A stretch of 64,000 bases of DNA, taken from the NCBI GenBank assembly GCA_002376945.1, contig DFOX01000009.1, forward strand, positions 1,340 to 65,339, written 5' to 3'. Within the stretch, counting starts at the first letter, position 1; every line of letters starts with the position of its first letter. The notes below the pieces were generated by a model. The model searched no databases, was not told the DNA's origin, and saw only the letters and a list, made by a program, of their open reading frames with translations. The stretch is from Patescibacteria group bacterium UBA3530. GTDB taxonomy: Bacteria; Patescibacteriota; Minisyncoccia; Phycocordibacterales; UBA2100. This document shows positions 9,542 through 19,902 of the stretch, piece by piece. Both the position numbers and the translations under genes were made by a program.

Positions 9542-9750
9542 ATCTTGGTAAACCGAGGTTGGCCATGAGCATTCTTTCCCAGAAATAATGCTAGCGGACG
9601 CACCCATAGTGTTCCTTTTGGAAAATCTCCATGGTTATTGAGAGATTGGTACACTACCAGCTTCTCCAGTGATTCACTGTGATACCCAACACCAAGCACA
9701 GTGTATGTACCTCCTTTTGCGTGTCTGTAGATTCCTTTTTCTACCTCCAT
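9538..9750 (-). CDS. DUF1653-like small protein
   Basis: 70 aa with GIYRHAKGGTYTVLGVGYHSESLEKLVVYQ pattern; stop overlaps rsmA start. Confidence 0.55.
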   Translation of the reverse strand: MEVEKGIYRHAKGGTYTVLGVGYHSESLEKLVVYQSLNNHGDFPKGTLWVRPLALFLGKNAHGQPRFTKI

Positions 9751-9751
9751 A

Positions 9752-11665
9752 CTAGAAGTCTATCAAATCTACCTTCCTTTCGTGAGGGGGAATATGTTCA
9801 TCGATGACTTCTAGGTAGTCTTCACCGATATCTTCGATGAATTGAGATGCAGTTTGAATCGTTTGTGTGCCATATATAGTGCGCACGACAGCGTGGGTGA
9901 GAAACACTTTTTTTCTTGCTCGAGTGAGTGCCACGTAAAAAAGACGTCGTTCTTCCTCGTCGTCAGTATTCTCATCCATTTTTTCATGGGGGAACAGACC
10001 TTCTTCAAGACCTACTAGAAAAACGTAATCAAATTCAAGTCCTTTTGATGCGTGGACCGTCATGAGTTTCACCGCATTATAATCGGTGCTGAGAGAATCT
10101 TGGTCGGTAGCGAGTGCGGCATCTTCTAGGAGTTTCTCGATACCTTCTTCTCCCGGTAAGGCGTCATATTTTGAGGCCAACGTAGCAAGTTCTTTGATGT
10201 TCTCAAGACGCTCATGATCTTCTTCGGTCCCTCCTTTGAGTGCAGTTTCCAACCCACTTCTTTGTACCGCAAATCTAATCGTCTCCGATGGTCGTTCTAT
10301 CAGTGCAACGTTCTGAATACTGGAGAGTATACGTTTAAAATCTGCAACTTTCTGCTGTGCTGCTGCACTGAGCTCTTCTTCTTTCCCCTCAAACATTTTT
10401 GCAAGTGTTACTTTCCCAATACCACGAGGAGGGGTGCTCACAATACGAGCGATATCTCCCATTGATTGAGGGTTCAGCGCCGCTCTTATATAACTCAATA
10501 CATCTTTAACCTCCTTTCGGTCAAAGAAGCGAGTACCGAGTACCTGGTAGGGAACGTTTGCGTACATAAACGCTTGCTCAAGTGCGCGGGATTGGAAGTT
10601 TGCACGGTAGAGCACGGCAATCTCACGAGGAGACACCCCACTATCAATACATTCTTGTGCTTTCTCGACCACAAAACGTGCTTCATCATCTTCGCTACAG
10701 GCGTTGTATACACTGAGGAGTTCTCCTTCTTGATTGGTAGTGAAAAGCTTCTTTTCTTTTCTCCTTACGTTTTTCTCGATAATACGATTAGCAGCTTCGA
10801 GTATATTTTGAGTTGAGCGATAGTTTTGTTCCAGCACAATAAGAGTGGTCCCAGGGAATTCCTCTTCAAAGGAGAGAAGATTGGTGAGGTTAGCCCCTCG
10901 CCATGAGTATATATTTTGATCAATATCACCCACGACACAAATGTTATTGTTCTTGTTGGTGAGGAGTTGCGTGATCGCGAATTGAACCTTATTGGTGTCT
11001 TGATACTCATCAATGTGGATATGTGACCACCGTTGCTGCAATTTCTTTCTCACATCCTCGTTATCACGAAGGAGCGTGTATGTACGGAGTAGTAAATCAT
11101 CAAAATCGAGAGCACCTTCTTTTACGAGCTGTGCTTCATATGCAGCCCATATGCTTCCAAGAGTATGCTTCCAAGTGTCTGCAATATTTGTGCGAAAAGT
11201 GCTGGCAGTAATACCATCTGCTTTGTATCGTGAGAGTGTACTAATGATGATGCGGGGCTCAAACTGTTTCGGGTCAAGATTAAGTTGTGCAAGTACCGCT
11301 TTCACCACACGAATGCTGTCGGTGCGGTCAAAGATTGAAAAATGTTTCGTTATACCTAGGTTGTGCGCATGTTCACGAAGTAACGATACTCCCAAAGAAT
11401 GAAATGTCGCCACATACGGCGAAGTGTGTATCTCGTAATCTGCCGCAAGTATTGCTTGCACCCTTTCACGCATCTCCTTCGCCGCTTTGTTCGTGAAGGT
11501 GACGGCAAGAATGTTCTCTGGAGCAACTCCTTTTTTAATGAGCGCGACCATTCTCTGAGTGATGACATGGGTTTTTCCAGAACCCGCTCCCGCAAGAATC
11601 ATCAGTGGCCCCTCATCATGTGCAACAGCTTGTCTTTGACGCTCATTGAGTTCCATGTGGCGCAC
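9752..11665 (-). CDS. pcrA: ATP-dependent DNA helicase UvrD/PcrA family
   Basis: Walker A AGAGSGKTHV; UvrD motifs TFTNKAA and VGDIDQNIYSWRGA. Confidence 0.9.
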   Translation of the reverse strand: MRHMELNERQRQAVAHDEGPLMILAGAGSGKTHVITQRMVALIKKGVAPENILAVTFTNKAAKEMRERVQAILAADYEIHTSPYVATFHSLGVSLLREHAHNLGITKHFSIFDRTDSIRVVKAVLAQLNLDPKQFEPRIIISTLSRYKADGITASTFRTNIADTWKHTLGSIWAAYEAQLVKEGALDFDDLLLRTYTLLRDNEDVRKKLQQRWSHIHIDEYQDTNKVQFAITQLLTNKNNNICVVGDIDQNIYSWRGANLTNLLSFEEEFPGTTLIVLEQNYRSTQNILEAANRIIEKNVRRKEKKLFTTNQEGELLSVYNACSEDDEARFVVEKAQECIDSGVSPREIAVLYRANFQSRALEQAFMYANVPYQVLGTRFFDRKEVKDVLSYIRAALNPQSMGDIARIVSTPPRGIGKVTLAKMFEGKEEELSAAAQQKVADFKRILSSIQNVALIERPSETIRFAVQRSGLETALKGGTEEDHERLENIKELATLASKYDALPGEEGIEKLLEDAALATDQDSLSTDYNAVKLMTVHASKGLEFDYVFLVGLEEGLFPHEKMDENTDDEEERRLFYVALTRARKKVFLTHAVVRTIYGTQTIQTASQFIEDIGEDYLEVIDEHIPPHERKVDLIDF

Positions 11666-11891
11666 TATACCACGAGGGTAAGAATCTAAGAAAAATGCTT
11701 GACATATTATCTATCCACCCGTATTATTCACGAACTATTGCGCAGCTGTGTGCAGTGGGTAGAGTGTATGGAAGGGAAAGGTGTGTTATGGAAGCGATCC
11801 CTTTTGCGAGCAATCGCAATCACTATTGAGGCTTATTATATCAACAGATCAGGACTCTGATGGTAGTTTACGTACTAACGTAAAGAATCAG

Positions 11892-12950
11892 ATGACACAT
11901 ATACCAATCGCAATATGGCGTAGCGTCGTATCAGCATTTATCTTGGTATCCATAGGTATTCCAAGCGGAGCGCATGCAGGTGTCTTCAGTGCTCTCTTTG
12001 AATCCCTCACCGCAACACTTGAATATACCACCAAAACAACCTATAACTCACAAACCATTCCCCTGCCAACTGCAGCACAAAATGTGGACCCAAATCCATC
12101 AAAGGGAGGTGGTGAGATAACGATTGTCAATGACTCTGCACTACTTCCGGCGTCGGGACCAACAGGATCTATGGCAGATGTTGCAGATGACACTTCGTAC
12201 AAGACTAACGGACAAATCAGCATCTATATTGTGCGTCCCGGAGATACGCTTGGAGACATCGCCGAGATGTTTGACGTATCGATAAATACCATTCGTTGGG
12301 GTAATGATATTTCCAGAAGTGAATCTATTCAACCGGGGCAAGAACTCGTTATTCTACCGGTAACGGGAATTAGATACACGGTAAAGACGGGTGGAACACT
12401 TCGCGATATTATCGAAAAACACGGAGGAGATATTGACGAGGCGATAGCATACAATGGGTACTCGGCGGATGAGTATCTAGCGGCGGGAACGGAGGTGATT
12501 ATCCCCGATGGTGAAATGGCTGCCCCTAAAGCTTCAGCCGCTGTCGCCAAGAGTCGATATACTCAATCGACAACAGGTGTTCGCGGGACGGGCGGTCCTT
12601 CATACAGTGGATACTATCTCAATCCTGTTGCCTCTGGTACGCGAACACAAGGAATTCATGGATATAACGCGGTAGATATAGGTGCACCGACCGGAACACC
12701 AATTATGGCTGCTGCATCAGGAAAGGTGATAATCTCAAAAAATTCCGGTTGGAACGGAGGATATGGCAAGTATATCGTTATTGAACACGAAAACGGTACT
12801 CAGACGCTCTATTCCCACAATGTAAAAAACATTGTCTTCAGTGGCCAGCAAGTAGTGCAAGGACAGGTGATTGCATACATGGGTTCCACGGGACGTTCCA
12901 CGGGACCACACGTCCACTTTGAAGTACGTGGGGCAAAGAATCCATTCTAA
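11892..12950 (+). CDS. LysM-domain M23 family metallopeptidase (cell wall hydrolase), secreted
   Basis: Start trimmed to MTHIPIAIW signal; LysM motif YIVRPGDTLGDIAEMF; M23 motifs DIGAPTGTPI and GSTGRSTGPHVHFEV. Confidence 0.85.
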   Translation: MTHIPIAIWRSVVSAFILVSIGIPSGAHAGVFSALFESLTATLEYTTKTTYNSQTIPLPTAAQNVDPNPSKGGGEITIVNDSALLPASGPTGSMADVADDTSYKTNGQISIYIVRPGDTLGDIAEMFDVSINTIRWGNDISRSESIQPGQELVILPVTGIRYTVKTGGTLRDIIEKHGGDIDEAIAYNGYSADEYLAAGTEVIIPDGEMAAPKASAAVAKSRYTQSTTGVRGTGGPSYSGYYLNPVASGTRTQGIHGYNAVDIGAPTGTPIMAAASGKVIISKNSGWNGGYGKYIVIEHENGTQTLYSHNVKNIVFSGQQVVQGQVIAYMGSTGRSTGPHVHFEVRGAKNPF

Positions 12951-13018
12951 CAGAAGCCGCTTAATAAAGCGGCTTTCTTGATTTTGATACTGTTTCATGA
13001 TTCGATACATCGCAGGAA

Positions 13019-13330
13019 ATGGAGGGTCTCATGCAGAAGAAAGTTTCGTGGGCGACAAACGGAAGGGGTGTGGTTGAGAAAAATGGAGCATTTGCGAAGC
13101 GCGACTTGATTTTGGAAGCGTGGAAGCAAATGAATCTGTCGGAAGACCCTGATGTCCCCTTGCATCGCGCCATGTGTTTGATGACCGGAGAGATGCAACA
13201 AGAACAGTTCGATGGACATACCAAAAGGGGTGCTCAGGCAATCTTGCTATGGGTCATTTTGACGGATGAAGGCACACGTTTTATAGACGAGGTGCGAAAT
13301 AGCATCCGTACTGTCGATGAAGAAAACTAG
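13019..13330 (+). CDS. hypothetical small protein
   Basis: 103-aa ORF followed by an intrinsic terminator; no motif recognised. Confidence 0.3.
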   Translation: MEGLMQKKVSWATNGRGVVEKNGAFAKRDLILEAWKQMNLSEDPDVPLHRAMCLMTGEMQQEQFDGHTKRGAQAILLWVILTDEGTRFIDEVRNSIRTVDEEN

Positions 13331-13336
13331 GGAAAA

Positions 13337-13379
13337 GGCGCCGACCGGTAACTATGTCGTCGGCGCCTTTTGGTTTTTT
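13337..13379. terminator. bidirectional rho-independent terminator between convergent genes
   Basis: GGCGCCGAC ...13-nt loop... GTCGGCGCC, followed by TTTTGGTTTTTT on plus strand and an A-run on the other side. Confidence 0.6.
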
Positions 13380-13867
13380 CGTCGAGAGTTCATCGTCGCC
13401 AGTGCCATTTTATGAGCACTGTACACCTCTCCTTGAGTGATTGCCGGGTGCAGATCACCAAAATGAACATCATTCCACGATAGCATTCCGTTCTTCTGGT
13501 GTGCATAAAATGCAATCAGTACATCAGGAAAGACTTCAATCGATACCTTCGTGGCCGTTGGTCGGTGTCGCACTCGAGGGAATACATCTGTTTTGCCAAG
13601 CGTTGCTTTTCTTCTCTTTTTGGCGGCAACTGCGCGCTTGTTAAAATAGCGAGCAACTGCCAAGATGTACAAACGATGTTCCTCGACAGATCCTCCGCAT
13701 CGGATGAGTGCTTTATCAAAGAGTGCACGAAACGCTACTCCTTTCTCCTCGCACCGCATTGCATACACGGTGTTCACGACACGTAATACAAATGCAACGT
13801 CCAACGTGCAGAAGAATTCGTCTTCCACCGATGCAAGAGCATCACGTAAGTCAGGGTGAATTCCCAT
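13352..13867 (-). CDS. hypothetical protein
   Basis: Track ORF 13352..13993 trimmed to MGIHPDL at 13867, which is preceded by GTGAGGAGA as an RBS and avoids overlap with the upstream gene. Confidence 0.45.
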   Translation of the reverse strand: MGIHPDLRDALASVEDEFFCTLDVAFVLRVVNTVYAMRCEEKGVAFRALFDKALIRCGGSVEEHRLYILAVARYFNKRAVAAKKRRKATLGKTDVFPRVRHRPTATKVSIEVFPDVLIAFYAHQKNGMLSWNDVHFGDLHPAITQGEVYSAHKMALATMNSRRKNQKAPTT

Positions 13868-13937
13868 CACTATCTCCTCACTTTGTACTATTGTCAGTAT
13901 AGAACAAAAACCCCGACAGGTGTATCGGAGATCTTGT

Positions 13938-14321
13938 TTAATCTGCGTGGTCAATGCATTTATCAGCTGCCGGGTTTGCCTTAAGTCGCTCAATAGGGAT
14001 AGTCTCTCCGCCTTCAGAGCAGATGCCGTATGTCCCCTTCTGCATACGTTCCAACGCTTCTTTTACGTTGTTGTAGCGCTTCTCCAATTCAGTCACAATA
14101 CCTTCATTGGTTGACTTTTCTTCAAACCGATCGGCGAGAATTTGCGGGTCGGCGGTTCCGGTTTCAACCGATCCCGATGTTCCGTGCCAGTTTTCTGGAT
14201 TGAGAGTATCGGCCTTACCTATATCAGTGAGTTCAATCTCAAGCACAGCCAGTTCTTGCTCGAGTTGATTTTTCAAACTTTCTAGAGTTCGTTTATCTAC
14301 CATGATATACACACTATACAC
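13938..14321 (-). CDS. DksA/TraR-family-like zinc-finger regulator (YteA-like)
   Basis: Coiled-coil N-terminal half and C-terminal GTYGICSEGGETIPIERLKANPAADKCIDH, as in TraR/DksA C4-type proteins; start may be the internal MVDKRTL. Confidence 0.45.
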   Translation of the reverse strand: MYSVYIMVDKRTLESLKNQLEQELAVLEIELTDIGKADTLNPENWHGTSGSVETGTADPQILADRFEEKSTNEGIVTELEKRYNNVKEALERMQKGTYGICSEGGETIPIERLKANPAADKCIDHAD

Positions 14322-14348
14322 TATTTTAGACTTGCAATATACTCAAAT

Positions 14349-15389
14349 TTATCTCTGAATACGAACCCTGTTTGCCACCTCAAGGAGGGTTCGTACATCG
14401 GTTGTGATGACTATAGTTGATCTATTTATGAACGAGTAGAGCATTTTTGGGTTTCTCATTCCTCCCAAAACTCGCACATCAAGATTTTGTACAACGGTGT
14501 CTTCGAATTGCTCTGTTGTTGGAAGCGCGACTCGGGACATAAGGGGAGACAGGTCTTGAACAATGCTTCTCTCCCAGTCAAGCATGCCGGTAAATGCATA
14601 GCTATAGGAGTTGGTTTTCAGTACTACAAACGGCATATTTCCATCATCGGTGGTATACATACCAATCATGTAATCAGGGTCGAGTGTCTGCATGAACGTG
14701 GGGGGTGTGTTGCTTGTAGCACGTGAGAGAAATTCCATCGCGGTCAGACGTACCGGTTCATCTGCGGTAACATATGATACATAGAGCTCAGTAATGGTTC
14801 CCAAAGCTGCAGGACGACGATCTACTGCTAGAGAAAGGGTAGTGAGAATCGATCGACCACTTCTTTCGCTTACGTCTATTCGTTGCAAGTCTTCCGCAAA
14901 CAATATATTGGATTCAAATGTTGTGGTTGTCTCCGTGCTCGTATTGAGCAGGTATGCATAATACCCGCCCGCAATCACAACAGCTCCGGTTATAATAAAG
15001 AGCACCGTCAGAGAAGCAAACATGGTAATTTTCCAAGGATTTCTTTTTTTAACCGACGCTTCTATGTTTCTTTTTTCGCTCTCCAGTGCAGCCATGCGCA
15101 CCATCGACATCTTTTTGTTACGAACGAGATCTTGCACATCGTCTTTGAGGGTATGTACGACTGCTTCGTTCTCTTCTTGGTATTTTTGTGGGGGTTGCTT
15201 TTTTATCGGAGCAGTACCGTTTTCTGTAGGTAGTAGTTTTTTAAGTTCCTCAGGGTTGTTTTCACCAGAATACTTTACAATGTCAGATCGAAATGTGCGC
15301 ACGAGCGCTTTTTGTAAAGCACCAGTTACTATTTTGGAGACTTTCTCCTTTTTAGTTTGAGGTTCGTTTGTGTTTTGGTTCTCGGGCAT
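14349..15389 (-). CDS. membrane-anchored hypothetical protein
   Basis: 346 aa; TM segment MFASLTVLFIITGAVVIAGGYYAYLL; 5' end overlaps pnp 3' end by ~38 nt. Confidence 0.45.
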   Translation of the reverse strand: MPENQNTNEPQTKKEKVSKIVTGALQKALVRTFRSDIVKYSGENNPEELKKLLPTENGTAPIKKQPPQKYQEENEAVVHTLKDDVQDLVRNKKMSMVRMAALESEKRNIEASVKKRNPWKITMFASLTVLFIITGAVVIAGGYYAYLLNTSTETTTTFESNILFAEDLQRIDVSERSGRSILTTLSLAVDRRPAALGTITELYVSYVTADEPVRLTAMEFLSRATSNTPPTFMQTLDPDYMIGMYTTDDGNMPFVVLKTNSYSYAFTGMLDWERSIVQDLSPLMSRVALPTTEQFEDTVVQNLDVRVLGGMRNPKMLYSFINRSTIVITTDVRTLLEVANRVRIQR

Positions 15390-17520
15390 GGTTTGTGCTT
15401 ACTGCGGCGGGTTCAACACCTTTCTTTGCCGCAAATGTAGGATCAATATTTTTGATAGAAAGATTGATTCGCTTCTTCTCGTCTATCTCCTTGATTATAA
15501 CAGGGATGAGCTCACCTTCTGATACCACATCGGTCACCTTATTAACACGAAAAGGAGCGAGTTCTGAAATATGCACGAGACCCTCGGTATTCGTCCCTAT
15601 CTCAACGAATGCGCCAAAGTCCATAATTCGTGTAACTTTTCCTTCAAACTTTTCTCCCACAACGTATTCATGTGTGAGTTCTTTGATAATCTCAACGGCT
15701 TTCTCGGCGGTTCCGTTTTGTCCGGTGACGAACACCACTCCATCGTCCTCAATAGATATCTCAGTAACACCTGTTGAATCCTTAATGCCATTGATTGTTT
15801 TGCCGCCAGGGCCAATTACCAGACCAATTTGATCTTCTGCGATGGTGAGAGAAATTATTTTCGGAGCGCGTGGGTTAATGTCAGCACGAGGTGCCGCGAT
15901 TGCTTCATGCATTACGTCAAGGATGTGGAGTCGTGCCGTTTTTGCGTGTTTGAAGGCCTCGGTAAGTATCGCTATCGACACTCCGGACACTTTCACATCC
16001 ATCTGTACTGCGGTAACACCCTGAACGGTTCCCGCTACTTTAAAGTCCATATCTCCGAAGTGGTCTTCGGGTCCTTGGATATCAGTGAGTATTTTATAAT
16101 CACCTTTATCATTACTCATCATACCCATGGCGATACCTGCGACCGGTCTTTTGATGGGCACACCTGCGTCCATAAGGGCCAAGGTTGATCCACAGACACT
16201 CGCCTGCGAACTAGATCCGTTACTCGCCATGGTTTCCGATACAATCCGAATGGTATATGGAAACTCCTCTTTGCTCGGCAGTACGGGAAGTAGTGCTTTT
16301 TCTGCAAGTGCGCCGTGTCCAATCATGCGGCGGTTGAATCCTCCCACTCTTCCCGTCTCTCCAACCGAAAATGGCGGGAAGTTGTAGTGATGCATGTATC
16401 TCTTTCGCCCGTCTTGCGATTCAATGGTGTCAATAAGTTGTGCATCTTCAGGTCCTCCCAAAGTCAGAGCTGAGAATACGTGCGTCCCCCCGCGATAGAA
16501 TATACCCGATCCATGTAAAAGATCAGAAACGCCTCCGGCTTGCGCGTATATATCGCGAATCTCATCCATTGCACGTCCATCTTGTCGTCGTCCGTGCATA
16601 AGGGCTTCAGTGTGTACCAGCTCATCCACTTTTTCTTCAAAGTAATCATCTGCATCAGACACTTCTTCCGGCACGTGTTCCTTTACCAGATGCATCCACT
16701 CGTCTTTCAGTGTATAAGCACCCTTCTCCCCGAACACATATTCGCTCATTTTAGGTGCGATGTGCTTCTCAAAGAGTGTTTGTGCCACAGCGCTCGCATC
16801 CCGTGTTGCGATTATTTGTTTTTCCTTTCCGATTGCATCAATAATTGACTGCTGCCACGCCTGCAAGTCGTTATGAATAGCAACAGCGGCTTCCAGTCCT
16901 TTGGTCAATTCTGCTTCATCAACTTCTTTTGCTCCCACTTCAATCATATTGATGTTCCCATCCTTTCCGCATGCAAGTAGATCGAGTTTTTCAAGTTCGT
17001 CCGTGCGCTGACTATAATTTGGATTGATGATTAAAGAAGCATCTCCGTTAACTTGACCAATGCGTACAGCACTCACCGGTCCCTCCCAAGGAATGTCGGA
17101 TGTTCCGAGCGCTAAGGATGCTCCCAGTACCCCGAGAACGTCGGGATCTTCTTCGTCAATGGCAAGTACGGTGACGATGACTTGGACATCGCGACGGAGT
17201 GAATGATCAAATAAAGGACGAATGGTGCGGTCCACTACTCGAGCACTTAAGACGGCTTCTTCGGAAGGACGTCCTTCACGTCTTTGGAAACGACTTCCAA
17301 GAATGGCTCCTGCTGCGTAGAACTTCTCCTCAAACTCCACTGATAATGGGAAATATCCCATACCTTCCCGTTCGTGTCCCATAACCGCAGTGGTCATAAC
17401 CGCAGTGTTACCGTAACGGAGGATTACCGATCCACTTGCTTGATCGGCAAGATTAGTAAACTGAGCAGTGAGAGTCTTTCCCCCTACCTCAATCGAATAT
17501 TCTTTTTTTTCCATATACAC
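15352..17520 (-). CDS. pnp: polyribonucleotide nucleotidyltransferase (PNPase)
   Basis: 722 aa with two RNase PH-like domains followed by KH and S1 domains (ISLTIAEDQIGLVIGPGGKTINGI ... GEKFEGKVTRIMDFGAFVEI). Confidence 0.95.
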   Translation of the reverse strand: MYMEKKEYSIEVGGKTLTAQFTNLADQASGSVILRYGNTAVMTTAVMGHEREGMGYFPLSVEFEEKFYAAGAILGSRFQRREGRPSEEAVLSARVVDRTIRPLFDHSLRRDVQVIVTVLAIDEEDPDVLGVLGASLALGTSDIPWEGPVSAVRIGQVNGDASLIINPNYSQRTDELEKLDLLACGKDGNINMIEVGAKEVDEAELTKGLEAAVAIHNDLQAWQQSIIDAIGKEKQIIATRDASAVAQTLFEKHIAPKMSEYVFGEKGAYTLKDEWMHLVKEHVPEEVSDADDYFEEKVDELVHTEALMHGRRQDGRAMDEIRDIYAQAGGVSDLLHGSGIFYRGGTHVFSALTLGGPEDAQLIDTIESQDGRKRYMHHYNFPPFSVGETGRVGGFNRRMIGHGALAEKALLPVLPSKEEFPYTIRIVSETMASNGSSSQASVCGSTLALMDAGVPIKRPVAGIAMGMMSNDKGDYKILTDIQGPEDHFGDMDFKVAGTVQGVTAVQMDVKVSGVSIAILTEAFKHAKTARLHILDVMHEAIAAPRADINPRAPKIISLTIAEDQIGLVIGPGGKTINGIKDSTGVTEISIEDDGVVFVTGQNGTAEKAVEIIKELTHEYVVGEKFEGKVTRIMDFGAFVEIGTNTEGLVHISELAPFRVNKVTDVVSEGELIPVIIKEIDEKKRINLSIKNIDPTFAAKKGVEPAAVSTNHAREPKHKRTSN

Positions 17521-17645
17521 TTTTGGTGATGTAGAGATTGCAGCACTACACGATGTGTATCACTGGGTATCTCGACACCACAATTATTGAATAACTAAGG
17601 TCACTGTACCAAAACAAAACGGACAGTGCGAGCTGTCCGTTTTGT

Positions 17646-18185
17646 TTAGCCATGTATTTTGGGCAGTTTCCAACCTTTGTATGAGATGAGGTACTTTTTC
17701 GGATCTTCATCCATGTCGGTAAAGTCATCACACACTTCCCGAAGTTTTGAAGATGAAGATTTCCCAAATGAAATTACTTCTACCTGACATCCCTCGTGGA
17801 GTTGCAGATACTCAACAAGCGGAATGAAGTCTCCATCACCGGTTGCAAGTATCACTGCATCAAGTTTTGGAGCCATGGTCACAGCATCAATCGCCATTCC
17901 CACATCCCAGTCTGCTTTTTTTGCACCACCAAAGAATATTTGCAGATCCTTTGTTTTGATTTCAATACCAAGCTTTTGCATTGCTTCGAAAAAGCCCTGT
18001 TCTTCTCCAGATTCTGTGGTCACCACATACGCTCGTGCTCGCACGAGTTGTCGGTTACCCACGGCCTCTTTCAACACATTCCCAAAGTTTACCTTTGCTT
18101 TGTAGATATTTTTTGCGCTGTGGTAGAGGTTCTGTGTATCGATAAAAACACCGACTCGTTGATTGCCATGTTTGATAACAGTCAT
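17646..18185 (-). CDS. NYN-domain (LabA/DUF88-like) protein
   Basis: VGVFIDTQNLYHS ... ILATGDGDFIPLV motifs. Confidence 0.75.
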   Translation of the reverse strand: MTVIKHGNQRVGVFIDTQNLYHSAKNIYKAKVNFGNVLKEAVGNRQLVRARAYVVTTESGEEQGFFEAMQKLGIEIKTKDLQIFFGGAKKADWDVGMAIDAVTMAPKLDAVILATGDGDFIPLVEYLQLHEGCQVEVISFGKSSSSKLREVCDDFTDMDEDPKKYLISYKGWKLPKIHG

Positions 18186-18242
18186 AGTATATGTATTTGT
18201 TCGTATAAAAATTCGACCATATCCGCATCATACCGTAAAACG

Positions 18243-18264
18243 AAAAAACGTGTCCTCCGACACG
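18243..18264 (-). terminator. intrinsic terminator/attenuator after rpsO
   Basis: Minus strand CGTGTC-GGAG-GACACG followed by a UUUUUU tract, 10 nt after the rpsO stop. Confidence 0.5.
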
Positions 18265-18273
18265 CCCTTTCGA

Positions 18274-18540
18274 TTACTTCTTGAGGCCGAGAGACTTAAT
18301 GAGCTTCCCATACGCCTTGGAGTCTTTTCCTTCCAAGTACTTCAAGTGCTTGCGACGATTTGCAACCATATGAAGCAATCCGCGACGAGAGTGATTGTCC
18401 TTATGATTCTTCTTCAAATGAGAAGAAAGTTCATCAATCCTTTTGCTCAAAATAGCAACTTGTGCTTCAGGTGAACCGGTGTCACCGTCATGCCGTTGCG
18501 TCTTCTTTAGCGCATTAGTTTTTTGTCGTTTTGTAAGCAT
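18274..18540 (-). CDS. rpsO: 30S ribosomal protein S15
   Basis: Trimmed to MLTKRQKTNALKK; LSKRIDELSSHLKKNHKDNHSRRGLLHMVANRRKHLKYL. Confidence 0.9.
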   Translation of the reverse strand: MLTKRQKTNALKKTQRHDGDTGSPEAQVAILSKRIDELSSHLKKNHKDNHSRRGLLHMVANRRKHLKYLEGKDSKAYGKLIKSLGLKK

Positions 18541-18658
18541 GATGTAAATATGTCCGGCATACACCCGGACGCAATGAAAATATAGCACGGTTTAGGTATT
18601 TTGGCAAGCGCAGTGGATGCGATTTCGTTGTGCGACATACATGCTACCATATGCGTAT

Positions 18659-19591
18659 ATGCATTCCTCTCTTGAGGCATACAAACAAGAATTTCTCGAG
18701 TATATAGAAATTGAACGTGGTCGTGCGGTAAAGACGGTGGAAAATTACGACCGGTACCTTATTCGATTCTTCACACAGGCGAATGTGAAAACACCCAAGG
18801 ATATTACCGAGACAAAAGTACGCGAATTTCGTCTATGGCTTAACCGACAAACAACCAGTAATGGCACAACACTGAAGAGACGAACTCAAAACTACTATCT
18901 AATCGCTATCAGAGCGTTTCTCAAGTTTCTACGCAAGCGTGGAATAGCCAGTTTGTCTCCCGAGAGGATTGAGTTGGCAAAAGTGCCACAAAGAGACCTG
19001 GATTTAATTACTCGAGCAGAATTGAATCGTCTACTCACTTCCCCTATGAAGGTCTACCAAGAAAGTGAAAACGAGAACGAACGACTTCGTGCACTTCGTG
19101 ATAATGCAATCGTACAACTCCTCTTCTCCACCGGCCTTCGTGTATCAGAGCTGGTTTCACTCAACAGTGATATTGATCTTTCCAAAGACGAAATGTCTAT
19201 TCGTGGAAAAGGTGACAAGGTGCGAGTGGTATTCTTCTCCGAGGATGCAAAAAGTGCGATACGGAAATATCTCGATGCTCGTAAAGACATGGATGAGGCG
19301 CTGTTTGTAAATATGGGACGTAACGCAGGATCTGAATTACGACTTACGTCACGGAGTGTTGAGCGTATAGTGAAACACTACGCAACGTATGCGGGTATAA
19401 CCAAAAAAGTCACTCCGCATGTGGTCAGACACAGCTTTGCAACCGATCTTCTGCAAAACGGCGCAGATATCCGAAGTGTCCAAGCACTCTTGGGACATGC
19501 CAATATTGCAACGACACAAGTATATACTCACGTCACTGACAAACACCTAAAAGACATTCATCAGAAGTTTCATAACAAAAGTGGTGCATAA
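18659..19591 (+). CDS. tyrosine recombinase XerC/XerD family
   Basis: Trimmed to MHSSLEAYKQEFLEYIEIERG; catalytic C-terminus HVVRHSFATDLLQNGADIRSVQALLGHANIATTQVYTHV. Confidence 0.85.
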   Translation: MHSSLEAYKQEFLEYIEIERGRAVKTVENYDRYLIRFFTQANVKTPKDITETKVREFRLWLNRQTTSNGTTLKRRTQNYYLIAIRAFLKFLRKRGIASLSPERIELAKVPQRDLDLITRAELNRLLTSPMKVYQESENENERLRALRDNAIVQLLFSTGLRVSELVSLNSDIDLSKDEMSIRGKGDKVRVVFFSEDAKSAIRKYLDARKDMDEALFVNMGRNAGSELRLTSRSVERIVKHYATYAGITKKVTPHVVRHSFATDLLQNGADIRSVQALLGHANIATTQVYTHVTDKHLKDIHQKFHNKSGA

Positions 19592-19731
19592 CGTCCTTGA
19601 AAAATATTTTCTCAAGGAGTATCTTAAAATAGACTAAGAAGCGTGCGACGCGCAAGGGGCGCGGCTGCATTCAGATCGCATTGGTGATCGGTTTCGATTA
19701 GTCACATTAAATTAAAATTTTGGAGGTTCGC

Positions 19732-19827
19732 ATGTCGCAGAAGAATCGGAAACAACGATTCGTTCCAGGATGGCCCCGGTGGCTGAGCTACCACATGATG
19801 TTCTGGAACACAGCGAAAGTGAGGTGA
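19732..19827 (+). CDS. candidate small ORF (31 aa, MSQKNRKQRFVPGWPRWLSYHMMFWNTAKVR), or part of a structured RNA
   Basis: GGAGG 6 nt upstream of ATG at 19732; followed by an intrinsic terminator; the region also forms stems (GAATCG/CGATTC, GTTCCAGGA/TTCTGGAAC). Confidence 0.25.
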   Translation: MSQKNRKQRFVPGWPRWLSYHMMFWNTAKVR

Positions 19828-19865
19828 TCCCATCTCGCCCTTCAGTGCGATAACTGAAGAACAAA

Positions 19866-19902
19866 GACCGCAGCGTTTTTGCTGCGGTCGTCTTTCGTTT
19901 TG
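19866..19902 (+). terminator. rho-independent terminator
   Basis: GACCGCAGC-GTTTTT-GCTGCGGTC followed by GTCTTTCGTTTT. Confidence 0.55.

Noticed and set aside
18659-19591. XerC/D-like recombinase as integrase of a mobile element
   Set aside because: It is flanked by housekeeping genes (rpsO/pnp and xth) with no att-like direct repeats or phage or plasmid genes, so a chromosomal dif-type recombinase is more likely. It remains within 5 kb of the tRNA-rich patch.
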